Shown here piece after piece: positions 1 through 11,900 of a stretch of 64,000 bases of DNA. Under the pieces are notes generated by a model that saw only the letters and a list, made by a program, of their open reading frames with translations, was not told the origin of the DNA and searched no databases. This DNA is from Vitrella brassicaformis CCMP3155 (taxonomy: Eukaryota; Protista; Chromerida). Each line of letters opens with the position of its first letter. The stretch's first letter is position 1. The stretch covers positions 1 to 64,000 of the forward strand of contig CDMY01000620.1 of assembly GCA_001179505.1 (NCBI GenBank), written 5' to 3'. A program made the position numbers and the translations under genes.

Positions 1-135
1 TTTACACGTACATGGCACTGCAGTTGCACATGCCCGTCATACCCCTCATTAGATGGATTTCACGCACGTGTTCTCCACTAAGGAAAAACGGACAAGGGCT
101 GTCGTGTGCATCCCCCGGCCTTGCCGGGGTCTAGA
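1..135 (+). repeat. Dispersed non-coding repeat carrying GCTGTCGTGTGCATCCCCCGG plus a GC hairpin
   Basis: Homologous copies at ~2870-3070 (+), ~9168-9420 (-), ~10157-10410 (-), ~34520-34780 (+) and ~40290-40335 (-). All share GCTGTCGTGTGCATCCCCCGG...GCC(G/A)GG(G/T)T(C/T)T(A/C)GAAT. Confidence 0.75.
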
Positions 136-870
136 ATCTTATGTCTGTCTTATGTGTGCGTGCGTGTATGTGTGTAAGTGTGAAGGCAAATGGACTGTGT
201 GGACAATACAAACGAGTGTTGTCTAGTTCGATGTGTGAAGGACATTGGTTTGCGACAGAATCTGAACATGGCAAGGAAGCTGTGATTTAACGGGTTGCAA
301 CCCAAAGGTTTTGAACCCTCCTTTTTTTTCGATGTTTTTGAAATGCATTCCTTGTTTATCGGATTTCTTAAAAATTTTTCCTCAATTTTTCATTTGTTTG
401 CGTTGTTTTAAAACTCATTTGGACATTTTAAAAAATGTGCGATCAGGGGAGGAGGCTTGCACGGGGTGTCATCACTTCTTCACGGATAATCAGACAAGAG
501 ATCGTGCTCGCAATGGATGAAATAACCTAAACGGAGCAGAGAATGTAAAAAAAGGGTATATGGATGCTGTAATCAGAGCTCGGATTACTTCGAAAGGAGA
601 CATCTCGCTCCTCTTAAATTCGGGAACGGATTTCAAAGCTGAGGCAGTGTCAGGCCTGGGAAGGGCCCTCCATGTCGGATCATCGAAGTGTCGGCTTTTC
701 GTCAAACCTCTACATTCTCTCCTTCTTGGGTCTTTGTTTAGCACGTACGCCTTTACACAAGTGAGCATCTTTTTCCCTCTCTGACAAACCCCAATTATCG
801 CAGCAATTATCTTCTAGCTGGGAGAGGTGTATCCAGATATAGTTTGGGATTATTGACGGCTTGAGTGGCA

Positions 871-1598
871 CACCCCGTGGAAGCCTCCTCCCTTGTATTT
901 TATATTTTTTAAAATACCTCCCCTTTTTTATATTTTTATTTGCAATTTTTTAAATTACTCCTTTGATTTTTTGAGGGGTTTGGGACGTTTTAAAATGGAG
1001 ATGGCTGGTTTGGAGGTGGCGAAGTGAAGAAGGTTGAAACGTGTTTTCAATGGGTAAAGCAAGCCTCAAAACCTCAAAATAGCTAAGACAAGCCTCAAAT
1101 GGCCCCCCCCCCTCCCTCCCCCNNNNNNNNNNNNNNNNNNNNNNNNNNNNNNNNNNNNNNNNNNNNNNNNNNNNNNNNNNNNNNNNNNNNNNNNNNNNNN
1201 NNNNNNNNNNNNNNNNNNNNNNNNNNNNNNNNNNNNNNNNNNNNNNNNNNNNNNNNNNNNNNNNNNNNNNNNNNNNNNNNNNNNNNNNNNNNNNNNNNNN
1301 NNNNNNNNNNNNNNNNNNNNNNNNNNNNNNNNNNNNNNNNNNNNNNNNNNNNNNNNNNNNNNNNNNNNNNNNNNNNNNNNNNNNNNNNNNNNNNNNNNNN
1401 NNNNNNNNNNNNNNNNNNNNNNCCCCTCCCTCCCCCCCCCCGGTCATCGCCTAAAGTTCTTAAAATTTCTCCTCCAGTTTTTATTCATTTGCGTTGTTTT
1501 GAATATTTTTCGCCTATTTGGCGGTTTTTAAATATTTTTCGGCACATTTGGGACGTTTTAAAAAATGCCCGATCAGGGGAGGAGGCTTCCACGGGGTG
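871..1598. mobile_element. Non-autonomous TIR element (CACCCCGTGGAAGCCTCCTCCC termini), spanning a gap
   Basis: 871-892 caccccgtggaagcctcctccc is the reverse complement of 1577-1598. A further right-end copy lies at ~440-468. No TSD found. Confidence 0.65.
1123..1422. other. Scaffold gap (300 N). Others at 9458-9757, 23802-24101, 25679-25978, 38074-38373, 51431-51730, and 14 N at 27579-27592
   Basis: N runs of identical length are placeholders of unknown true size. Several are flanked by duplicated sequence. Confidence 0.95.
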
Positions 1599-1739
1599 CC
1601 TTTGCAACACGAAAAGCGACGGCCGCTTGCGTACGGAGAGACCGTAAAGCAGTTGTGCCGTGAACGATGCATTGTGTGACTGATGGTTGATGGCTGTGTA
1701 ACCTTTCAGTGACTGGTTCTTCTTGTTGACGAAACGAAA

Positions 1740-2203
1740 AGCGATGCGCGCTTCCGTGTGAACACAACGTAGCGAAATCTATCATACATTGACCCAATCG
1801 TGCTGATTTGGGTTGACGGCACCGTCAACTTTCGGTAGCTGGTTCTCGTGTTTCACAGAGCGCAGATCGACAGCCGCTTGCGTGACGACGGAGCAGACGA
1901 AGGAGCACTCACACACAGACTTCCGCGGCGAACGCACCAGAAACCCGGGAGAAAACAGCCGAAAACCGATGTTCCGGGTTTTTGGTGCCGTTTTTCGCGC
2001 GAACGCGTGAACGGATTTGAGGCTCGAAGCAAACTCGTTCCTCGCAGTGACCCTCTCCACAGATATCCGAAGACAGATCTTGAAAAAACGTTCTAGAAAA
2101 AAAGTTGGTTTACCGACGTGAAACTGGGGCTGTATAACCACCCTCCAGCTCAGCTTTCAGTTTAGAGCAAGATCCGTAAAACTGATCTGAGCTGTCGTGT
2201 GCA
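1740..2203 (+). repeat. Dispersed repeat family, with copies at ~39960-40335 and ~44370-44960
   Basis: Shared blocks such as gaagcaaa(c/t)tcgttcctcgcagtg and cagctttcag..tagagcaagatcc.t.aaactgatctgagctgtcgtg. The last ~130-bp unit is tandemly duplicated at 44700-44960. Confidence 0.75.
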
Positions 2204-2399
2204 TTACACAAACACACGGACACATGCATACATAATTCATAATTCATACAGACAAACAGCCAGACAGTGTCGACAGATGCACCACATGCATTCACAGAGA
2301 TAGACAGTCGAAGCTTGTACGTACACGAACCAATCAATCCAATCAATTAATCAACCAGTCAATCAATCATTCAACCAATCAATCAACTGACTAGATAGG

Positions 2400-4430
2400 A
2401 CAGGGGAAGCTGCAGTCAACAAAGGGATGCTCCAACTTGAAACTTTCAAACGCCAAAAACAAAGGCAACAGGCATCTTCATCCGACAAAACCGAAGCATT
2501 TCCTCCGACTGCACAACTTACCTCGCACAAGGGCGGAGATGAAAGACCACATGGCCGTGGTGTTTGTGATGCTGGTTTAAGTTTGCTATTCGTCACCCCT
2601 TTGACGGCCAACACATCGCGTGGCTTCGGAGACACAGTGGCCACTGGCTAGATAGGACAGGGTGAATGTGTCTCGGTCGGTCGGCATACCGAGTAAGCAG
2701 AGTATCTCTCTCGCTTTACTTACAAATCCCAATGATCGCGTACAAGTCTCAGACGGCTCCTCAGTCAGTCACTTCGTATTTCGCTTGCCGGCGCAAACCA
2801 GTGCCAATCGGGACAAGAAGGGCAATGGACGGCCATGCATTGTCTGTATGCATTGACAAAAGAGCCCTGTTTTCTGACACACCGTCGAACCATGACGTCT
2901 CACGACCGACTTTCGCTGCCACGTCTATGTCTCAGCTCTCCATCTATCGCCGCAACAGTGCAACGCAACTCAAATTTATGAATGCAGGTAGCCACTAGGT
3001 GGGGAGGAAAAGGACCAGAGCTGTCGTGTGCATCCCCCGGCCCACATACCGCCAGGTTTCGAATCCCAGCACCTGTATGGCGAAACGCACCGCGTTTCAT
3101 TTGTAGATGGGACTCCACGCGTACGTTCCAAGAGGCAAATGGCCATAGAGGTGCTCCATTTCTGTCCATCGCTTCGCATCAATCTCTCAATCGTGTTGCA
3201 AGGTGACTCAATTCAGTGCATGGACTCACTCGAATCTCCCTCTCCGATGGACAACGCTTCGCTAGGAAAAGAGGGAAAGCCCTCCAGCGTCAGCGGCGCA
3301 GAACAGTACGAAATAATTTCGAAAGGACGTCCGCTCGGATGATGAACCGCTCCTGAGCGGTTGACGCCGCTCCTGGGCGAAATGGATGGCCACGGGCTGG
3401 ACATTGCTGCCATTTTCCTTCCATTCCGAGGGACAGAGGTCCGATTCGTTGATCTTTTCGGTACTTGTCGAATTTTCAGTGATCCCAGCTATTCCCATCC
3501 TTTCGGTGACTCGTACCTAACGATTGTGGACCTGCCTACTTGATCGCTCAAGAGGGAAGTCAAAACCAGCCAAGCTCAAGGCGTCAAGGCGTGCCGTGAG
3601 GCAGATAGAGAGCTGTGTTGCCGAGGTTGTTGGCTTCAGCAGCTGTCGGGAGTGTGTGTGTCAGTCGTGTCAATGCCTGCCGTTGTTAGCAGGTGTGGTT
3701 CAGTGCTGAGTGTGACTCCTCGTGATCGCGTGAGACCTTATTCGTGTGCGTGTGCCTGTCGTTGAATCGTGAGTGTCTCTCATCGATAAGCATCAGTAGA
3801 GCATCGAGTAAGCGCTATCTCTATAGCGCGAACCCCATTCGAGCTGGGCCTTGACCACTCCTGGTGAGGGGCCTGGTGGCAATCGCGTCCATTCATGCAC
3901 TGTTCCCTCCTTTCCGTCTTGGTTGCTCCGTGACCTTTCCGAGCCCCGTCATCCTGTCCGTTGTACCCTTTTACACACGTATTACGTCCGACATCATCAA
4001 AATAGCCATGGGCATCAGCACCCGCGAGAGCTAGTGGTACATTCAGATATGCCTCGCATGGGTCGTCCATGGGGTCGTCAGAAATATGAACCATGTGCTT
4101 TCCCGCCTTCTCATTCATACATCCATCAGCAGCCGTATGCATATTCATCAGCTCATGCAGTCTTCCGTCTCCATCCGCACCAGCAGCCAAAACTCTCTCT
4201 CTCTCTCTCTGCCTTCTAGCCGGCAGGGATGATGACGGTGGGGGGGTGAGTGAGAGGGGAGACACGGAGACACGGCTTCGTGCGGTGGGCTTGTAGATGA
4301 CGACGGAGAGCACAAGTATTTCTGAGGGAGGACAGGAAGTCAGAAGCTCGAAATCGTTAAGGCAAGAAGGAATGTGGATGAGCGCTGTACATGTTTCTTT
4401 TGTTTGCTCTGTTCGCCTTGGTTCGAGCAC
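2400..4430 (-). pseudogene. Degenerate coding-like block homologous to ~40780-42780 (+); function unknown
   Basis: Colinear peptide matches: DFELLTSCPPSEILVLSVVIYKPTARS vs DFKHLSLPCPPEVLVLSTVVSKPTARS; DDPCEA..HG.FDD in both; NSKLKPASQTPRPCGLSSPPLC vs NSKLKTASQTPRLCGLSSPPLC. Confidence 0.5.
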
Positions 4431-4670
4431 TAGTTTTTTTGTTTGAGGCCGTTCCTGTGCTTGTTTCGAATGTGTCGATGATTACCATGGCCACTGGAGC
4501 GAAGCTTCGTCGAATTTGCGATTCACATAAACGCAGGTAAACCTAGTCAAACATTATAGTTGTCATTACACACACACGGACAATCTTATCCTCAACCACC
4601 ACCACCACCCTTACATAAATATTGGATGATGGCGTTTGGCGCATTTGCATTCCATAGTCTACAACGCCGT

Positions 4671-7600
4671 ATGCGGGTTACCATGGCGTTCCGGCCAACC
4701 GTTCTGATGCTGGCAGTAGTGCTGGCGGCTTCAGACAACATTCGGGACCGCCCCATTGCCGCCGACAGAGTGCTGGAAGATCAGCGATGCTCGGCGGAGC
4801 AGAAGCACTGCCAGAAGTGTGGGAAGGCGGCCAACGGACAAGAGGTTTGTGAGCTGTGTGAAGCAGCCTTCTTTCTACGGGGGACGAACTGCGCACGTGA
4901 GCCAAACTTCACAGAGGAAGGGGGCTATCTGTCCTTGGCGTATCTGGCGTATCTGGTGTCGTTATTTAGATATCTACCAGTGTGGAGTGTTGAGTGACGT
5001 GGTCATCGGTGAAGGCCAAGCAAATGACGTCGCGCAAGCAGGGTGTGCGCCTTAAGTAGGTCTCCACCTCCCTCCATCCCATGTTTCTTCTCCTCAGGCT
5101 TGTTTCTTCCTTCGCTGAGTGTCATCACCAATGTGCCACGACACCCAAATGCCAAGCATTGTCGTTTTACATCGACGGCCGTTGCGTCCTCAAAGATGGT
5201 TCTGCTCTTAAGAAAATGAGCTTTGAGCTGGGAGTCAAGAGTGCCAGGCTCGACTGCGAGAAGGTGGACGACGTGGTACGAAGAGGCTGCCAACTATCCC
5301 GTTGTGGAATGTGCGGCGAGAGGGAGGGGGATTGTTTGCAGTGCCGTAGTGGTTTTATAAGGAATGCCGAGGGAAAATGCGAATTCGAACACGACGAAGG
5401 TGGAGAACCATTGAAAGATTGCAGAGAACCTCGTGAACACTGTTGCTGTCGTTCTCTTGTGCAGATGTCGAGTGGCCAAACATCAGCTCTCCGACGTATA
5501 GCAAGTTAGAGACTATCAGAGACGAAGTGGCACGGGTTGTCGGCCAGATGACCATCGAACAAAAGATCGGGCAAATGACAATGGCTATCCAGTATGGGTT
5601 GAGCCCCATCGACATGAAGGCCAACTACATCGGGTCGTACCACGAGGGTGGCGACGCCGATATCGGTGACAACTCAGCACAAGAGTGGGTCAGGCTTTCA
5701 GATCGTTACTGGAACGCAACCACGGATGTCGACGACGCGGTCATCCACCCCCTTCACGGGCTCGATGCCGTCCACGGGCACGGCAACGTCCCCACGGCGA
5801 CATTGTTCCCGCACAACATTGGTTTAGGGTGTGCCAATGAGTCCGCCCTCATGAGGGAGATTGGCAAGATAACCGCGAAGGAGATGGTGGCCACGGGAGT
5901 TGACTGGGCGTTCGCGCCAAGCCATGCGGTGGCGCAGAACTGGCGGTGGGGGAGAACGTACGAGTCGTTCAGCCAGGTGAGAAACCAAGTCACGAGTGCG
6001 TGCGGATGGACGGTTGTGCTGCTGTCTGTGTCTGCAGATACCAGAGACCGTCGAGAGGCTTGCAAGGGAGTTGGTCACCGGTATAGTGATCGGCTCCCAC
6101 ACATCATCTCTTTCATATCTGACCTGTTGCACGCCCGTGCCTTCAGGCCTTCAGGGCGATCCGGCTTCGTTATTTCTCGGTGAGGAAAATGTCTTGGCGT
6201 GCGCCAAGCACTTTGGGGGGGACGGGGGCACCCAGGGAGGGCTCGACAAGGGAGACTTTCGTGGGAGGCTGCAAGAGCTGAAAGACACTCATGTGTCGCC
6301 CTACTTCGGCTCCATCCAGGAAGGCGTACTGACAATCATGGCATCGTTCAATTCGTGGAACGGCGTGAAGGCGCACGGGAATGAATTTCTTCTGAGGGAC
6401 GTGTTAAAGAGGAAGCTGGGCTTTTCTGGGCTGGTAGTCGGTGATTGGTGGGGGCATGAAGAGGTGGAGGGGTGCTCGAGGTTTCTGTGCGAGCAGGCAG
6501 TCGAAGCAGGTCAGAATAGAAATGTGCTGGAACAAAGCAGAGACAAATGTGTGTGTGTGTGTGTGTGTGTGTGTGTTCCTTTGTTTTTTGTGCTTGTACA
6601 GGTGTTGACGTTATGATGGTTGTGGGGGATTGGAAGAAGTATATCCCCAACACGATCAGCTCAGCCAAAAAGGGCGGCATCACGGCAGAGAAGATCGACG
6701 ATTCCGTCACACGAATTCTCACCGTCAAAGCACTCTACGGTGCCATGACCACTCCCGCTCTGCGAGCAGCAGGCATAAAGGAGCGAGCCTCCCCGTCGCA
6801 GCGGCCTGGCGCAGGACAGTTGTCGGTCTTGGAGACTGCCGAGCATCGCGAGACGGCACGAGAAGCTGTGCGGAAATCTCTGGTCATGCTCAAGAATGGT
6901 GTCAAAGGAGCGACAGGCAAACCTATACCCCTGTCCACAACGGGCAAGTATCTTGTCGCTGGGAGGTGTGCAGACAATATCGGCCTGCAGAATGGGGGAT
7001 GGACGAAAGACTGGTAAGTGCGTGGCCCTTAACATCACCACACACAGCTCTCTATGGGCCATTTGGCCGGCTAATCAGTCCTACACTCATCGCTCTCATA
7101 GGCAAGGCAGTGCCAACTACCCCAACCACCTTTTCGGGAGGATCAGTGAATCCATCTACGAAGGATTCAAGAAAGCTACGGAGGGCGGCGGGTCGGCAAC
7201 CCTCTACCAGATACGCGATGGAGAAATTCCAGACCTCAGCAGCTACGATGCCCTCATCTTCTGTACTGGAGAAGATCCATACTCAGGTCAAAACGGATCG
7301 GACACTCACATATGTGCATCATGTCCTGGCTGAATGGTTTCTTTCGCAACCAGAGTATCTCGGTGATAGGCACTGGCCAGCATCGATGGAATTTGGAATG
7401 TCAGCTGTCGGCGTTCCCGAGAGACAATTCCTCAATGAGGTCCGGATTAAGTACCCATCTTTGACCATCGTGACCATCTTGTGCTCGGGCCGCCCGCTCT
7501 ACATGAACGAAGAGATGAACCTGAGCGATGCCTTCATCGCGGCGTGGCTACCTGGGACACAAGGTGGCGGGGTGGCAGACGTGCTCTTCGGGAAGAACGA

Positions 7601-7868
7601 CTTCGTGGGCAAGTTGTCATTTCAGTGGCCATTGGATCCGTGTCTGACTACGCAGTACAATGGCACCCATGGGGATGATCCGCCCTTCAGTAATCTGATG
7701 CTGCCGATTGGATACGGGCTAGCGTATGACGACGAGTCGCCGATTCCAACCCTTAAAGTTGACCACTTGCGAGTGAGAAAGACAGACTTCTCTTTACGAT
7801 CTCTCGATTTGCTCGTGGCTTGTTTGCAGACTTGCACAAATCACGTGAGGACCAAGACGAAAATATAG
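4671..7868 (+). CDS. Secreted glycoside hydrolase family 3 beta-glucosidase/exo-beta-glucanase with N-terminal Cys-rich (furin-like) repeats and a PAN/Apple domain; at least 9 exons
   Basis: Signal-like MAFRPTVLMLAVVLAA. GH3 motifs QMTIEQKIGQMT, HGLDAVHGHGNV..ATLFPHNIGLG, RWGRTYESFS, ACAKHFGGDGG, nucleophile VVGDW and acid/base GEDPYS|EYLGD resemble barley ExoI-type enzymes. GT-AG introns that restore the frame: 4897-4969, 5043-5097, 5400-5464, 5977-6037, 6081-6147, ~6510-6601, 7015-7101, ~7287-7353. The 3' end is uncertain. Confidence 0.9.
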
Positions 7869-8411
7869 GTCTGCAGGGCCATATTGCTGTTTTGGTGTCG
7901 CGTCATGCATGTCGTCCTTGTACAAATTGGCGGGCAAATTGCGTGTTGTTCATGTCCCGATTATAGGCAGGAAATGCAGAGACAGATTATCAGCTTTGTA
8001 AGTTGTCACGTGCACACTGTTACACTGCGCCCTCAACAGCGCCTGGAAAATTGCACTCAATCGATCGCTGCTCTGGTGGATCCGGAGAATGTAGCACAAT
8101 ACAAGCGGAATACGATCCAAAGCTAGCCCTGCCCCATGTGCCCTGTGGGTGGATATCCGCCTTGCAGCCATAGGGCCAGCCCTGTAAGTGCAAGGCTAGC
8201 CCTGTCGCCATAGGGCGAGCCTTACAGCCATAGGGCGTGAGTGAACTCTGACCGTGATTCATTCATCGATAAAGCAGCATTGAGTCACCACGTATGAGTC
8301 AACACACACAAGCAAAATCCGCCGAACGTCACCAACACACCAACACACAGAGACAATAAACGATCCTTCCATCCACCCAGCGTCGACCGCCAGGCGATCC
8401 TCGACAAGCTC

Positions 8412-9008
8412 CTTCGTTCGTTCGTTCGTTAACCTCACGGGGACCTTGCCCCCCGGCCCCCCGAAGGGGTACTCAAGAAAGAGTCTGTGTGAGTCCATAG
8501 AAAATCACGAGTCCGGAGAAGGAAGCATTGGATGCAACGCAACCCACCGCTTTCGCGAGGTCGCAGAAAGTAGAAAAGCGGCTACCGCTTCATGCACATG
8601 CAGTGAGCGAGAGGTGAGCAAAGAAAAGGCAAACACAAGAGGATCACAATAATTGAGATCCCATCGAAAGTAAACCTTGCCATCAGGCGCCGCAAGGCCA
8701 TACATACGAACAACACGGAATACTTCCCCTCGTGCAGAGCTGTGGAGGGGACAGCAGAAAAGAATATGCAGCTCATCCTCAACAGGTGGCACCCACATGT
8801 GAGGCAAGAAAAACGGTGCAATAAGGGCAAGAGCGTAGTAAAGGGCCACCGATACGCCCATCAGTAACTGAACAAGGATATGTGCCGGTCCGAAAAGCGA
8901 ACAGCACACGACGCTTGGGTCTAGGTAGTGAAAAGTAGCATGGAAAGGTGGACAAAGACTGGATAAGGCGATGAAGCCAGTCTTGGCCTGACTCAATAAT
9001 GAAATCAT
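8412..9008 (-). mobile_element. 5'-truncated LINE 3' end (CCHC zinc-knuckle region) with a (AACG)n tail and a 7-bp TSD
   Basis: Minus-strand RSCPYC...(frameshift)...VEDELHILFCCPLH..AR matches the non-LTR C-terminal zinc knuckle. The tail reads ttcgttcgttcgttcgtt on +. caagctc is duplicated at 8405-8411 and 9009-9015. An uninterrupted homologous site lies at ~60490-60560 (-). Confidence 0.75.
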
Positions 9009-10446
9009 CAAGCTCGACACAAAGTGGCCATCCCTCGTCGACTTCTTCTGGGTGAGCTCAAAGGGTTAGCGTAAGGTGGGATGTCGAGAGGTCGCCTGGG
9101 CTGGCAGCTGCTCTTCATCACGTAGCTCGCTGCACTTCCTACAGTTCCCGAAGATGTGTCGGCAAATTCTAGACCCCGGCGGGACCGGGGGATGCACACG
9201 ACAGCCCTTGTCCGTTTTTCCTCAGTGCAGAACACGTGCGTGAAATCCATCTAATGAGGGGTATGACGGGCATGTGCAACTGCACTGCCATGTACGTGTA
9301 AACTGCGATTTTGTGAGCAGACTGGGATGGGCGACGTCGAGACACGTTTTGGTTGACGGTGTGGTGATGTCGATGTGGAACCGCGTGGCGGTTGGCTTGG
9401 TTGCAGTTGAAACGTTTGCAACCGCTCACTTCTTCACGGATAATCAGAAAAGAGATCNNNNNNNNNNNNNNNNNNNNNNNNNNNNNNNNNNNNNNNNNNN
9501 NNNNNNNNNNNNNNNNNNNNNNNNNNNNNNNNNNNNNNNNNNNNNNNNNNNNNNNNNNNNNNNNNNNNNNNNNNNNNNNNNNNNNNNNNNNNNNNNNNNN
9601 NNNNNNNNNNNNNNNNNNNNNNNNNNNNNNNNNNNNNNNNNNNNNNNNNNNNNNNNNNNNNNNNNNNNNNNNNNNNNNNNNNNNNNNNNNNNNNNNNNNN
9701 NNNNNNNNNNNNNNNNNNNNNNNNNNNNNNNNNNNNNNNNNNNNNNNNNNNNNNNNNCAGCTCATCCTCAACAGGTGGCACCCACATGTGAGGCAAGAAA
9801 AACGGTGCAATAAGGGCAAGAGCGTAGTAAAGGGCCACCGATACGCCCATCAGTAACTGAACAAGGATATGTGCCGGTCCGAAAAGCGAACAGCACACGA
9901 CGCTTGGGTCTAGGTAGTGAAAAGTAGCATGGAAAGGTGGACAAAGACTGGATAAGGCGATGAAGCCAGTCTTGGCCTGACTCAATAATGAAATCATCAA
10001 GCTCGACACAAAGTGGCCATCCCTCGTCGACTTCTTCTGGGTGAGCTCAAAGGGTTAGCGTAAGGTGGGATGTCGAGAGGTCGCCTGGGCTGGCAGCTGC
10101 TCTTCATCACGTAGCTCGCTGCACTTCCTACAGTTCCCGAAGATGTGTCGGCAAATTCTAGACCCCGGCGGGACCGGGGGATGCACACGACAGCCCTTGT
10201 CCGTTTTTCCTCAGTGCAGAACACGTGCGTGAAATCCATCTAATGAGGGGTATGACGGGCATGTGCAACTGCACTGCCATGTACGTGTAAACTGCGATTT
10301 TGTGAGCAGACTGGGATGGGCGACGTCGAGACACGTTTTGGTTGACGGTGTGGTGATGTCGATGTGGAACCGCGTGGCGGTTGGCTTGGTTGCAGTTGAA
10401 ACGTTTGCAACCGCTCACTTCTTCACGGATAATCAGAAAAGAGGCC
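8770..10446. repeat. Near-identical direct duplication (8770-9457 vs 9758-10446) across a gap
   Basis: The two copies are essentially identical and separated by a 300-N gap, so a contig-overlap artefact is likely. Confidence 0.7.
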
Positions 10447-10757
10447 CCCTCGTAACGGAAGGCGATCGGAAAGGTTGGTTGGTTGGTTGGTTACGAGCCC
10501 TGGGGATGCCCCGCCTCCCAAGTCTTTGCGAGTCCGATTCATGTACACTGGCCACGCACGATCACACTCCGATCGACCGATCGCACGCCTCTGTGTCCTC
10601 AGCTTTTACACGAGTCGATTTCACGGCAGCTACCCTACGCATCCTAGTGCCACTCCTCGGCTGGTCCTCGCGGCGCGTCCAGTGAGATCCGTTTCAGAGG
10701 CAGTCCAGTGAGATCCTTAGGGTAGCTAGTCTAGACTCCCTCCCGAAACTTGCGCCA

Positions 10758-10832
10758 TGGGTCCGATGAAGGGCTCGAACCCATGACGACCGGCTCATAT
10801 GATTCCGTGGCGAACCACTCGGCCATGGAGCC
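10758..10832 (-). tRNA. Degenerate tRNA-like sequence (pseudo-tRNA or SINE head), with CAT in the anticodon-like loop
   Basis: Minus strand GGCTCCATGGCCGAGTGGTTCGCCACGGAATCATATGAGCCGGTCGTCATGGGTTCGAGCCCTTCATCGGACCCA (75 nt). It has an A-box TGGCCGAGTGG and a B-box GGTTCGAGCCC. The acceptor and anticodon stems are mismatched. Confidence 0.55.
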
Positions 10833-11229
10833 AAAGGGACACCTTACAAAATTTCGCGGATCGAAGTATAGACATAAACATCTAATTAGCTCGCATAGCT
10901 CGCACAGCTCCAGAGCCCGTCTTAAAAGGCAGATGGGCAGCATCGTGTGAGGAGATTTGGCGGCCATTCCTGAAGACCTGGGGAAGCCGAATGAAGAGGT
11001 GCTTGCTCCGTGAATTACGATGCTGGCCGAGAAACCAAGAATCGGCTGCACTTCTGTGTGTGACTGAAGAGAGGGCGTAGACAGCAAAGGGAGGTGGCAA
11101 TGTGGACGACGCAGTGTCGCCCCCTCCCCCTTGAATGGGGGAGGGGGCTGCAAAAGGTCAGCTTCCATGAGCCAATGGTCAGAGGCAGAAGAGAGCGCGT
11201 CGACCACGGATGGATTGAAGGTGATAATG

Positions 11230-11900
11230 GCTGTCATGTAGGACTCCGGCACACAGATCTAGTCGTCTGAGCGCTCCTGTGTCTGTCTCGGTAGGTGTGT
11301 TGATGTTTCGTTTGGCCGCATTGCCGCCTTCTCTACTGCACGGTGAGGTGATGGCCGTCACGCAGGATTCTGGCAAGCAGATCTACTCATCTGAATGCTC
11401 CTGTGTCTGCCTGGCAGGTATGTTGTTGAGCCGCATTGCCGCCGTCTCTATTGCCAGGTGAGCCGATGGCCGTCACGCAAGATTCCAACTTACATACATA
11501 CACTCATCTGTGTGCTTCGGTATGCGGGTCTTCCCGCATTCATATGTGTATGCGCCATTGTTTCGTGCATCCATAGCATCTGAGCACAAAGCTTTTGTCG
11601 TGCCCATGTTTGTCTCCTTGCGTGTTTTATTGTTATTTGATACGTCGACGGATGGGAATGCAGTGAGTGTCTATACAGTGTACAGGGCATGTTGAGCGGG
11701 TCAACTAAATATGGGTCAGAAGGATAGAAGTGAGATGGATGTCTGACTACTGCTAAAGGTCTGTTGGAGCCGGTCCGCCGCTCGTCGCCCTTGCTTGTGT
11801 CGCACCAGTAGCGGTGGGATAATGGTGGTGTAGCATTCATATTGTGTCTTTCTTGGTCGTCCCTCGCTCTACTCAGTCTGTCTCACTTCATGCTTTTTTC
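11230..11900 (+). repeat. Dispersed repeat, inverted copy at ~32780-33397
   Basis: Extensive reverse-complement identity, e.g. ggagccggtccgccgctc and cagatcta.tcgtctgagcgctcctgtgt. Confidence 0.75.

Noticed and set aside
96-135. Classical Helitron 3' end (GC hairpin + CTAG)
   Set aside because: CTAG is not conserved in other copies (TTCGAAT, CTCGAAT), homology continues past it at 40290, and no RepHel ORF is present. Kept only as a weak hypothesis.
3045-3070. tRNA B-box-like GGTTTCGAATCCC
   Set aside because: No A-box or cloverleaf; it is part of the hairpin repeat family.
8770-10446. Biological tandem duplication of ~1 kb
   Set aside because: The copies are identical and abut a 300-N gap, so contig overlap is more parsimonious.
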